64,000 nt of DNA, taken from contig JAUXNU010000045.1 in the NCBI GenBank assembly GCA_030682655.1, forward strand, positions 9,909-73,908, in the 5' to 3' direction. The notes under the pieces were generated by a model. The model searched no databases and was not told the origin of the DNA. It worked only from the letters and a program-made list of their open reading frames with translations. The DNA comes from Actinomycetota bacterium. Lineage in GTDB: Bacteria > Actinomycetota > Coriobacteriia > Anaerosomatales > JAUXNU01. Shown here one piece after another: positions 42,657-50,696 of this stretch. Position 1 is the first letter of the stretch. The number at the start of each line of letters is the position of its first letter. The position numbers and the translations under genes were made by a program.

Positions 42657-45600
42657 CTACTTCCCCCACTCCCACACGTCGGCCTTCACGCACTCGTAGT
42701 TGGCGTCGAGCTCGGGCTGCATGAGCACGAGCGCGGCGATGCGACGCACCATCTCGGTGACGTAGCGCGCCTCCTCGGGCTTGAGGTCGCGGCCGAGGAG
42801 CGCGCGCTCGCGGTAGCTCAGCCACTTCTTGATGACCTGGTAGCCGCCAATCGTGTAGCGCCACACGTTGGCTGGCACGCAACGCCAGTACGCAACGTCG
42901 TTGAGGTAGATGTCGAAGCACGACTCGCCGAGGAGGGCGATCGCAGTTTCGGCCGACATGCCGAGCGGCTCCGCCTCCCGGGAAACCGCGGCGCACTCGT
43001 CGTCGGTGTAGGGCCGCTCGGTGAGCTTGCCGGTCGATGGCATGCAGACGCCACCCTGCCCAGCGACACCCCACCGAGCGGTCACAGCCAGATCTCCGGA
43101 ATCGAGCGAATCCCCCGTCGAAGAAGAGAGCGTGCCGACGCGAATCTGCGGCTGCGCGGCTGCCAGGCCAACCGGGGCATCAGGGTCTAGAAGCCGAATG
43201 ACCCTTTCCCCGAGTGCTGCAGAAGCCGCAAGCGCCTCTGAGTCCTTTGGCAGCGGGATTCGCGGCCAACCAGCTGCCACGCCGTCCGCGTTCGCCCCCA
43301 AGTAGGCGGGCGCAGCCATGACGGCGACGGCATGGGGCATCAGCGCAAAGCTCTCGCGCTGAGTACCGCCGTCCCCCAGGTAGCAGGCGACTCGTTCAGA
43401 AACGTTGGCCTGACCGGGCACTTGCTCGAATAGCGAGGTAGCGCTGCCCCTTGTCTGTAGCCACGGAAAGGCAGCGCCGTTGGGGCGAATGAAGTGATGG
43501 TCACAGGGCTCCGAGACGATGCAGAATGGTAGACCTTCGCGTGATCGCTCCGCCTTCGGGCGGGAGACCACGAAGACCTGACCGTCGGCGACAGCACCGA
43601 CGAGCGTGTCTCTGCGACGATCGAGCAGGCGGGCGCGATCTGTCCAGAAGACCCAGCGAGTGTCTAGAGGCCGGTATGCGTACCGGATGATGCGGCCCGC
43701 TTCGTCCCCGGCGCTGAGCAGGGCGTCCCGAACCTCACGGGCATTGAATTGTGGCGTGGCCGTAGCCAGCTGCGGAAGATGAGCACGAAGGTCGTCGAGC
43801 CCTCGCGAAGCGTCGAGGTACTCATCAATTCGACCCTGCAAAGTGCTCTGGTCGATCGCCACTAGGTCGATATCCCGAGCCGTAGTGATTCCCGGAGACC
43901 AGTCGGCGAAGAGGTCCTCCACGGTTGGCCACGACGTGAAATCCGGGTCGGTGGTTCTCGGCGAGAAGGCGAGCATTGGATCGGCGTCCGGGTCAAGGCG
44001 TTGCCAAGGCCTGCAGGGATCGCTGCTTTCCGAGGCGAGGTCGCTCAGTTTCGATGCACCCCAGAACTCGCGGTACATCACTTGGGCGGACTGCTTAGTG
44101 TCCCCTCCCTTGCGCGACAACACCGAGATCGAAGTCCCGATGCCGATCCCTTCCCTGTTCGCCGCCGTCGAAAAGACGCTCGGATCTGGACGCCCGTCCG
44201 GAGTCACCTTGCCTGTTCGAAACTTGTCTCCGTTGAGGCTATCGATCCAGATTGAGTCAAACACATCGAGAAACCGCTCTCGCATCCCGGTGTACGAGAA
44301 CCCGTCGAGCCACGAGTAGTTGGAGATCAGGCAGACAATGCCTTTCCCCATGTGTTGCACGATTTGGCGCTCGGCGATCCTGAAGAACCGGACGTACAGG
44401 TCATTGAGGCCCCTGCCCTCGGGTTTGGGAGCTCGCTTTGTGGTGCGGTAGGCATCCGACAGGTCTCGCTCCTCGTCAACCGCCATCCCGGCAAACCCGT
44501 TGTACGGTGGGTTTCCGATCACCACGAGGATCTGCTCTTCACGCTTGATGCGGTCCGCTGCGTCGCGCTCATGAGCGAACTCTGGGAACAGCAGGGTGGA
44601 GTGCATCTGACCCTCGCCGACCCGGCGATCCTTGGGCGATGCGACTTGGGCACCGTCGCCCCAGCCGGTTAGCGCGTTCGTTAGGTATATCGGTGCGCGC
44701 TCGCCGGCGTCACGCAGCGGCACGCCGAGTTCGGCCAGGAGGATGCCGAGCTGTAGGTGCGCCACGACGTATGGCGCGGGCATGATCTCGAAGCCGATGA
44801 CGCGACTCATCGCGGCGCGCTTCACGTCCTGGCGGGTGAGCGCATCAGCTCCCTTGGCCTGCAGCGTCTCGTCGATTTTGCGCAGCACCTCGACCAGGTA
44901 GGCGCCGGTGCCGCAGCACGGGTCGAGGACGACCACGCTCTCATCGGCGAGCCCGTCGGCGATGCCGAGCTCCTCGCGCAGGACGGTATCGACGCGAGCG
45001 ACCATGTACTTCACGACTTCGTCGGGCGTGTACCAGACGCCCAACTCCTTGCGCAGCTGTGGGTCGAACGCCTCGAGGAATGGTTCGTAGAAGTACTGGA
45101 CAGCGTGCTCCTCACGGAACTTCTCGAAGAAAGCGGCGCGATCGATGCGCCAGATGACCTCCTCGGCCCACTCGAGCACCTCGGAGATGCCAAGCGCGCC
45201 AAGCTGGCGAACGTCGGCGAACTGGCGGAAGAGCTCGTAGACCATCGGGACGTGCAGGGTCGCCGTCGCCGTCTCCCACTGGAAGCGCGACTCCCACGGG
45301 ATCGCCTGCGTGTGGTCGCGATCGCGCGCCCACAGGACCCAGCTCGCGAACATGCCGTAGAAGAGCGTCTGGACCAGCGTAGAGCGGAAGAAGTGGTCAC
45401 CCTTCTCGCCTTCGAACTTCAGGCCGAGCGCGTCTTCGAGCTGGCTGCGGAGCTGGTCGAGCGCGGGCAGCTCGTGGCGATGCTCCAGACGCAGACGTGC
45501 GGTGCGCGCATAGCTCGCAAGGAACCAGGCGAGGTCTTTGGGGTCGGAGAGCGGTGCGTTGTGGAGCAGGACTCGGCGGAGGAACTCCGTCAGGCCCTCG

Positions 45601-46103
45601 GCCGCGGTGTCGGCGAAGTTGCGGGGCTGGGTGACGCGAGCCCAGAAGGCGGCCTCACTCGTGGCGAGGCTGCAGGTCTCGAGCGTGCGCACGCCGGCGC
45701 CGGTGACGTTGCGGCCCACCAGCACGAAGTCGCGCAGGTTCGTGACCAGCACGAGGCCGTACCGCTCGACGTAGCGGGCGACCTGCTCGGACTCAGCAAC
45801 GGCGAATGCATCGTCGCTGGCGCCCTTGACCTCAATCGCGCCGCGGTTGGGAAGCTGGCCTTGGAGCGGGTTCTCGCCCAGCTCCCAGCCCTTGAGCTGC
45901 GGTGCCATGAACAGGCCACCGTCCGGGATTCCGCCGCCGGTGTTGCGCAGGTTGATGATGGCGCGGACCTTCGGCTTGAGGTGCTTGCCGACCTCATCGA
46001 GAAGGTTGGCGAGCGGCGCGTAGTAGCTGGTCTCGGCGACGCCTGCGCCTGATGCGCGGATGTCGCGTAGTTGCGTGAAATACGCCTCGACTGGTTCCCC
46101 CAC
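42657..46103 (-). CDS. Single-chain Type IIG-like restriction-modification protein (N-terminal PD-ExK-like domain + gamma-class N6-adenine methyltransferase + C-terminal specificity domain)
   Basis: N-terminus GIPDGGLF..GAIEVKG is PD..ExK-like. Methyltransferase motif I VLDPCCGTGAYL and motif IV VIGNPPYNGFAG. The C-terminus YRPLDTRWVFW and IGGYQVIKKWLSYR resembles the Type ISP/YeeA-type C-terminal specificity domain. Start set at GTG 46103, after GAGGGGG. Confidence 0.8.
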   Translation of the reverse strand: MGEPVEAYFTQLRDIRASGAGVAETSYYAPLANLLDEVGKHLKPKVRAIINLRNTGGGIPDGGLFMAPQLKGWELGENPLQGQLPNRGAIEVKGASDDAFAVAESEQVARYVERYGLVLVTNLRDFVLVGRNVTGAGVRTLETCSLATSEAAFWARVTQPRNFADTAAEGLTEFLRRVLLHNAPLSDPKDLAWFLASYARTARLRLEHRHELPALDQLRSQLEDALGLKFEGEKGDHFFRSTLVQTLFYGMFASWVLWARDRDHTQAIPWESRFQWETATATLHVPMVYELFRQFADVRQLGALGISEVLEWAEEVIWRIDRAAFFEKFREEHAVQYFYEPFLEAFDPQLRKELGVWYTPDEVVKYMVARVDTVLREELGIADGLADESVVVLDPCCGTGAYLVEVLRKIDETLQAKGADALTRQDVKRAAMSRVIGFEIMPAPYVVAHLQLGILLAELGVPLRDAGERAPIYLTNALTGWGDGAQVASPKDRRVGEGQMHSTLLFPEFAHERDAADRIKREEQILVVIGNPPYNGFAGMAVDEERDLSDAYRTTKRAPKPEGRGLNDLYVRFFRIAERQIVQHMGKGIVCLISNYSWLDGFSYTGMRERFLDVFDSIWIDSLNGDKFRTGKVTPDGRPDPSVFSTAANREGIGIGTSISVLSRKGGDTKQSAQVMYREFWGASKLSDLASESSDPCRPWQRLDPDADPMLAFSPRTTDPDFTSWPTVEDLFADWSPGITTARDIDLVAIDQSTLQGRIDEYLDASRGLDDLRAHLPQLATATPQFNAREVRDALLSAGDEAGRIIRYAYRPLDTRWVFWTDRARLLDRRRDTLVGAVADGQVFVVSRPKAERSREGLPFCIVSEPCDHHFIRPNGAAFPWLQTRGSATSLFEQVPGQANVSERVACYLGDGGTQRESFALMPHAVAVMAAPAYLGANADGVAAGWPRIPLPKDSEALAASAALGERVIRLLDPDAPVGLAAAQPQIRVGTLSSSTGDSLDSGDLAVTARWGVAGQGGVCMPSTGKLTERPYTDDECAAVSREAEPLGMSAETAIALLGESCFDIYLNDVAYWRCVPANVWRYTIGGYQVIKKWLSYRERALLGRDLKPEEARYVTEMVRRIAALVLMQPELDANYECVKADVWEWGK

Positions 46104-46277
46104 GCGTCTGCCCCCTCGGCATGCCAGAACGACCTCGAAGCCCAGCATACAAGAAGGATCCCTGGAGCACATGGGACAGGCGGCCAGATATAGTTGGCTG
46201 CTAGATAGTCACGTTCTGGAGGTGATTATCGTGACGCGGACTGCAACATCGCTCTGGGCGGCCGAGAGAACGACGAG

Positions 46278-47138
46278 CTAGGTGCTGGGCGGACTCAGAT
46301 TCCCGACGAACTGCCGAATCACAAGCACTGCCTCGTTCGCCGCTTGGGCCATCTCCGTCGCAGAGCCGCCCCGAGCCACGAGACTGGCGTAGTCCACAGC
46401 CCCGACCCGATTCGATTCCGAAAAATCCCCGGAGACTCGAATCAATGCGTCAGCAAGGAATGGGTCGCTCGCGACCGGACTCGCCGCAACCGCGACGGCC
46501 GCAGCCTCGGGCCCACCCGGCCACCATCGAAGCACGTAGACCAGGTCGTAGGCATCCTTCGGCTTGCGCCGGTCCAAATAGGCGTCCGCCTTCAGCGCCA
46601 CAAACGGCGCCAGATTCGCAACCTGGAAGTCCACTTCCGAGTAGGCTCCGTCAAGCAGCTGAAGGTCGCGCGTGATCGTGATGGAGTCCCTGAACGCAAG
46701 CTCAAGACCCCTCACGCACAGCAAACCCACGCCACCCGCACCGGCGGGTGGCGTGACCTTGGGTCGAAACACGGTTCCGGGCTCGACGTCTTCCCTGTCG
46801 CCGAGAAGTTCCAGAACGACGACATCACCGTCAACGGTGGCGGACCAGCGCCATGAGCTTCCGTCCACCCTCGAAAACCCGTTGTTCTTCAGGTTCGTCT
46901 CGAGTGTCGTGTATGCGCCCAGATCCTCCGCCTCGACCGCGAGTCTGAGAGCAACATCAACATCCGTCGAACCAACGTGGACCGGCTGGGCATAGCCGTC
47001 GCCCCGTACGAGGTATAGCGGGACGAGTCCGCCGACCAAACAGACCTTCTCTCTCCACGGTTGCCCGATTCCGCGCATCAGCGTGCCGAGAACCCTCTCG
47101 CAGCGCTTGGTTGCCTCACTGTTGTACTGCTCGACCAT
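46278..47138 (-). CDS. Minimal nucleotidyltransferase, AbiEii-like (module 1, 'B1')
   Basis: NTase signature VGGLVPLYL..VHVGSTDVDVAL (G[GS]..DxD). Later acidic strand VVVLELLGD. C-terminal KPKDAYDLVYVLRWWPGGP. Paralogous to 49866..50696. ATG 47138 lies 10 nt after the A1 stop, with GAAGGGGA as RBS. Confidence 0.7.
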   Translation of the reverse strand: MVEQYNSEATKRCERVLGTLMRGIGQPWREKVCLVGGLVPLYLVRGDGYAQPVHVGSTDVDVALRLAVEAEDLGAYTTLETNLKNNGFSRVDGSSWRWSATVDGDVVVLELLGDREDVEPGTVFRPKVTPPAGAGGVGLLCVRGLELAFRDSITITRDLQLLDGAYSEVDFQVANLAPFVALKADAYLDRRKPKDAYDLVYVLRWWPGGPEAAAVAVAASPVASDPFLADALIRVSGDFSESNRVGAVDYASLVARGGSATEMAQAANEAVLVIRQFVGNLSPPST

Positions 47139-47148
47139 GCAATCCCCT

Positions 47149-48168
47149 TCAGAAGCCGATGGAAGTTTCGCGCAGGTGCTCCGCCTGTTCCTCGCCGCGA
47201 GTCGGATCGGCAAGCGCGTCGGCGTAGATTCTGAACAAGGACACCCGGCGCACACCTCGGTCGTACTCCGACCCGACAAGGACGCCCTTGTGACCCCGCA
47301 GTACGACAAGGTTCGCACCGTCGTCGGCGGGCATCGCCCCCATCGCGCTCAAGACCACGTCGGCACGATGTGGAGTGGCCACCCAAGCCTCGAAGGTCCG
47401 CACCGCCGTGACGTGTGGAGCTACCATCTGGGCCGCAGCCACACCGGTGAAGTAAGCCTGAACGCCGTGGCCATCGTTAGTCAGATGTTGTGCCACCGTG
47501 CGCATGGTCTCTTCTGCACCGTTGTTGAGAAGGAAGCCCCGTGCGGTCACTTTGCGATCGGCCACTGCATCACGGGCGTACAGATCAAGCAGGCCGGCGG
47601 GATCCATCACGCGACGACGCGTCGCGGGTCCGCGGCCCGAACGCTCCAGCAGACCTGCGGCCTCAAGTGCGACGACCGTGTTCTGGGCAGCCCCGAGCGA
47701 CGCGCGACCCTCAGCCGCCAGGTCAGTGACCTTCCAGTCCCGTTTCGAGTCCGACAGCAGAGCGAGCGCAACGCCCCCCGCGGCACCGCTCAGGCTTAGA
47801 GACGCAGCGGGCCGTTCCGGTGGCAGCTCGGCTTCGTCCTGGAGCCGTATGAGAATACTCGGCGTCATCAGCCGCACCCTGATGTGACGGTCGTCCATGT
47901 AGTTCGCCTCAGCGGCATTCAATTCTGCGAGTGCCTTTTGGCTGAAATGGCGGCCTACGATCACGGGCACGCCCGACGAAGCCTTCGAACGGCCGAGCGC
48001 CAGCTCAACTTGCTCGGTCCTTCCCGATCCAGCATCGACCACCTGTAGCGGGACGTGGTAGTCGTAGTCGCCGTCGAGGTCCACGGTGTCGCCCACTGCA
48101 CGAAAGCGAGCGACCTCCGTTTGTGTCAGGCGGCGAGCAAGTTCAAGAGCTTGCGTCTCGGCATCCAT
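47149..48168 (-). CDS. Three-domain partner protein (module 1, 'A1'): degenerate nuclease-fold N-domain + wHTH + AbiEi-like C-domain
   Basis: Central wHTH ALALLSDSKRDWKVTDLAAEGRASLGAAQNTVVALEAAGLLE. C-terminus GANLVVL..RRVSLFRIYADAL..RGEEQAEHL. Paralogous to 48811..49872. ATG 48168 lies after GGAG; the track start at 48318 was trimmed. Confidence 0.65.
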   Translation of the reverse strand: MDAETQALELARRLTQTEVARFRAVGDTVDLDGDYDYHVPLQVVDAGSGRTEQVELALGRSKASSGVPVIVGRHFSQKALAELNAAEANYMDDRHIRVRLMTPSILIRLQDEAELPPERPAASLSLSGAAGGVALALLSDSKRDWKVTDLAAEGRASLGAAQNTVVALEAAGLLERSGRGPATRRRVMDPAGLLDLYARDAVADRKVTARGFLLNNGAEETMRTVAQHLTNDGHGVQAYFTGVAAAQMVAPHVTAVRTFEAWVATPHRADVVLSAMGAMPADDGANLVVLRGHKGVLVGSEYDRGVRRVSLFRIYADALADPTRGEEQAEHLRETSIGF

Positions 48169-48222
48169 TTTCACTCCATTGCCATTTTCATTGCGCACTG
48201 AAAATACCACATGGGTGAAAAT
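48165..48222. promoter_or_regulatory. Nested inverted repeats at the A1 start (candidate operator or RNA structure)
   Basis: Outer pair CCATTTTCAC (48165-74) / GTGAAAATcG (48215-24). Inner pair CATTTTCA (48183-90) / TGAAAATa (48199-206). On the coding strand the last half-site reads GAGTGAAAATG and runs into the start codon. Confidence 0.5.
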
Positions 48223-48642
48223 CGCGCCACGTGACCTCATCCCCTCCCGTCTCCTATCCGTCCGCCTGACCACAGCACAGATCGCCGTGGGCAACCGCAC
48301 CGCCTTCGACCTGTTCAAGGGGTCGAGAGCTCCGAACTTACGGTCGAGGGCAGTGAAGATCGAGTGCAGACCTTGAGAAGGAGAACGCAGGATAAGCAGA
48401 GCCGCTCAAGGCGCGGCGCTGTGGAGAGAACGCATCGCCGACTAAGCCGGTGAGCAGCGCAAGAGCCACTGAGCCTCACCCGTGAGCCACGAGCGGCTAT
48501 CGGCGTCACCGAGACGCCCCGAGCCGCTCTGGCGCCCGCACGGGAGCAGCTCTGAAAGAGGCCTTTTCGGATCCACGGAGCGACAAGTCCCTTGTGCACC
48601 GGTGCATAGCAGGCGGCGGTCAATCTGCCAAATGGAATCATG

Positions 48643-48689
48643 CTCTGTGTACACAACGTGCCTTCGAGAGGCAGATTGTGTACACAGAG
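48643..48689. promoter_or_regulatory. 13-bp inverted repeat containing two copies of the palindrome TGTGTACACA
   Basis: CTCTGTGTACACA (48643-55) ... TGTGTACACAGAG (48677-89), with a 21-nt spacer. Located in the divergent intergenic region ~120 bp upstream of A2. Confidence 0.4.
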
Positions 48690-48762
48690 CATCACTAGCG
48701 AACGCATCGGGAGCAAGGCTATCAACTCCAGACCGTCGTCGCCCGGTTTGACGGTTGGCCGG

Positions 48763-48816
48763 TTTCACTGATATGGTCGCTTTCACCGCCTGGTGAAAGG
48801 GGCCACTACAGTGAAA
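48763..48816. promoter_or_regulatory. Nested inverted repeats at the A2 start (candidate operator or RNA structure)
   Basis: Outer pair TTTCACTG (48763-70) / CAGTGAAA (48809-16). Inner pair CTTTCACC (48780-87) / GGTGAAAG (48792-99), spacer GCCT. The last half-site contains the GTG 48811 start. Confidence 0.5.
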
Positions 48817-49872
48817 GAACTCGAACTCATAGAACAGCTCCCCGAGGCCCTGCGGGCATGTCTCGAGAATGTGCCCAGGACCAGTATCGAAGCAACCCAG
48901 CGAGAGCAGCTTCTGACCAACGGCATGAGAGCCGATCTCATCGTCAGCCTCAGCATCTTGGGCCGCAAGCGAACGATGGTCATCGAGGCCAAAGGCAGTG
49001 GTCAACCGAAGCGAGCGAGAGAGGCGGCCGACCAGCTCAAACGCTTCCTGCTCGATGACCGCCTCAAAGGCGCCTATCCCGTGTTCGCCGCGCCCTATGT
49101 CTCGGAGGCCAGCGCAGCCATCTGTCAGGAGTCTCAGATTGGCTTCTTCGACTTGGCCGGCAACTGCCGCTTCGCGCTGGACGACATCTACGTAGAGAAG
49201 ACATCGGCCGACAATCCACTCAAGGAGAAGCGCAACGAGGCCTCTCTGTTCACTCCCAAGTCATCTCGGATTCTGCGAGTTCTCCTGAACGAGCCGCAAC
49301 GCGACTGGCAGGTTCAGCAGCTTTCCAAGGCGGCTGAGGTGAGCATCGGTCTGGCGTCAAAGATCAAGCGTCAGCTCGAGGACCGGGAGTGGATTGTCGT
49401 CGGCCAGAGCGGAATCCGCCTCACCCAGCCCGAGGCTATGCTGCAAGCATGGGCAACTGTCTATTCCTACAAGCAGAATCAAGTCCGCGAATACTACACG
49501 CTCGACGACCTGAGCGATGCCGAAACCACGATAGCCGACTGGTGTCGCGAGAGCGAAGTGGAGTACGCGCTCACTGGCTTCTCGGGAGCCCGGCTCTCCT
49601 CTCCCCGCGTTCGCTACAATCGCGCAAGTGTGTACGTGCGCTCGAGGATGGACAGCCTTACCGAGAACACGGGTCTCAAGCCAGTCGACACAGGAGGGAA
49701 TGTCCTTTTGCTTAAACCCTATGACGACGGCGTCTTCAACGGCGCGCGAGTCCATTATGAGATGCGAACCGTCTGCCCTGTTCAGCTCTACCTGGATCTG
49801 CAGTCCATGGCGGGACGGGGCGAAGAGGCTGCAGAGGAGATTCTGGCGAGGGAGCTGCGTCCCTCATGGTGA
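48811..49872 (+). CDS. Three-domain partner protein (module 2, 'A2'): PD-(D/E)xK-like N-domain + wHTH + AbiEi-like C-domain
   Basis: N-domain ADLIVSLSILGRKRTMVIEAKGSG (D..ExK) and FFDLAGN. wHTH SSRILRVLLNEPQRDWQVQQLSKAAEVSIGLASKIKRQLEDREWI. C-terminus GGNVLLL..RTVCPVQLYLDLQSMAGRGEEAAEEI. Start GTG 48811, after AAAGGGG; the track start is 48793. Confidence 0.7.
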   Translation: MKELELIEQLPEALRACLENVPRTSIEATQREQLLTNGMRADLIVSLSILGRKRTMVIEAKGSGQPKRAREAADQLKRFLLDDRLKGAYPVFAAPYVSEASAAICQESQIGFFDLAGNCRFALDDIYVEKTSADNPLKEKRNEASLFTPKSSRILRVLLNEPQRDWQVQQLSKAAEVSIGLASKIKRQLEDREWIVVGQSGIRLTQPEAMLQAWATVYSYKQNQVREYYTLDDLSDAETTIADWCRESEVEYALTGFSGARLSSPRVRYNRASVYVRSRMDSLTENTGLKPVDTGGNVLLLKPYDDGVFNGARVHYEMRTVCPVQLYLDLQSMAGRGEEAAEEILARELRPSW

Positions 49873-50696
49873 AGAACAGAACAGACTACCCGCCGGACGC
49901 AGTCGAGGCGGCAAGATCAGTCCTCGTGGAGCTGGTACATATCCTCGGAGAGTATCGCGACGACATGGTGATCGTTGGCGGATGGGTACCGCCGCTTCTG
50001 ATGCCCGACAGCACGGGGCACGTGGGCAGCACCGACGTCGACATCGCGCTGAACCACATGGCTGAGAACGACGAAGTCTACGCCAGGATCAGTGCATCAC
50101 TGCTGACCAACGGCTATGTGCAGCACGAGTCTCAACCATTCATCTGGTTTCGAGAGGTCTCTCTGGGCGGCGGCGTCGTGACCGTCGAGATCGACTTCCT
50201 CGCGGGTGAGTACGGCGGCACCGGGAAGCACCATCGAACACAGCGAGTCCAGGACCTCAAGCCGCGCAAGGCGCGCGGCGCCGATCTCCTCTTCAGTGAG
50301 ACGAGAGAACGCGAGATAGAGGGTCGGCTCCCCAGCGGCGCGTTGGACACCGTCTCGGTAAAGGTTGCCGGAGTCGTGTCATACCTCGTGATGAAGAGCT
50401 CGGCACTCGAGACGCGAATCAAAGATAAGGACGCCTACGACATCTGGTTCACGTTGGCCAACTACCCGGGTGGAATCCCAGCAGTGGTCGAGGAGTTCAC
50501 TCCGTTCGCGGACCACGGACTCGTGCGCGAAACCGTCTCGGTTCTGGAAGGTAAGTTCACCTCCCCTGAGCACTTCGGGCCAACCTCGGTTGCGGTGTTT
50601 CTTGAGCATGACGGCGATGCGGCGGTGCTCACCAAGCGCGACGCATTTGAGCGTGTTCAAGCGCTGCTTGACGGTCTGGGAGCGTTGCGGGACTAG
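49866..50696 (+). CDS. Minimal nucleotidyltransferase, AbiEii-like (module 2, 'B2')
   Basis: VGGWVPPLL..GHVGSTDVDIAL, VVTVEIDFLAGE, IKDKDAYDIWFTLANYPGG. The ATG overlaps the A2 stop (ATGGTGA). Confidence 0.72.
   Translation: MVKNRTDYPPDAVEAARSVLVELVHILGEYRDDMVIVGGWVPPLLMPDSTGHVGSTDVDIALNHMAENDEVYARISASLLTNGYVQHESQPFIWFREVSLGGGVVTVEIDFLAGEYGGTGKHHRTQRVQDLKPRKARGADLLFSETREREIEGRLPSGALDTVSVKVAGVVSYLVMKSSALETRIKDKDAYDIWFTLANYPGGIPAVVEEFTPFADHGLVRETVSVLEGKFTSPEHFGPTSVAVFLEHDGDAAVLTKRDAFERVQALLDGLGALRD

Noticed and set aside
42657-46103. Interpreting the 1148-aa NPPY methyltransferase as BREX PglX or a DISARM methylase.
   Set aside because: No PglZ, BrxC/BrxL, DrmA/B or other obligatory partners occur anywhere in the island. 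The neighbours are Mrr and the NTase modules. The protein has its own PD..ExK-like N-terminus, which fits a Type IIG-like enzyme better.
48315-49005. ORFs 48315-48725(-), 48442-49005(-) and 48482-48751(+) as real genes in the divergent intergenic region.
   Set aside because: They overlap each other and, for 48442-49005, the start of A2. They lack RBSs and recognisable motifs, and their amino-acid composition is odd. The region is treated as non-coding and flagged as a finding instead.
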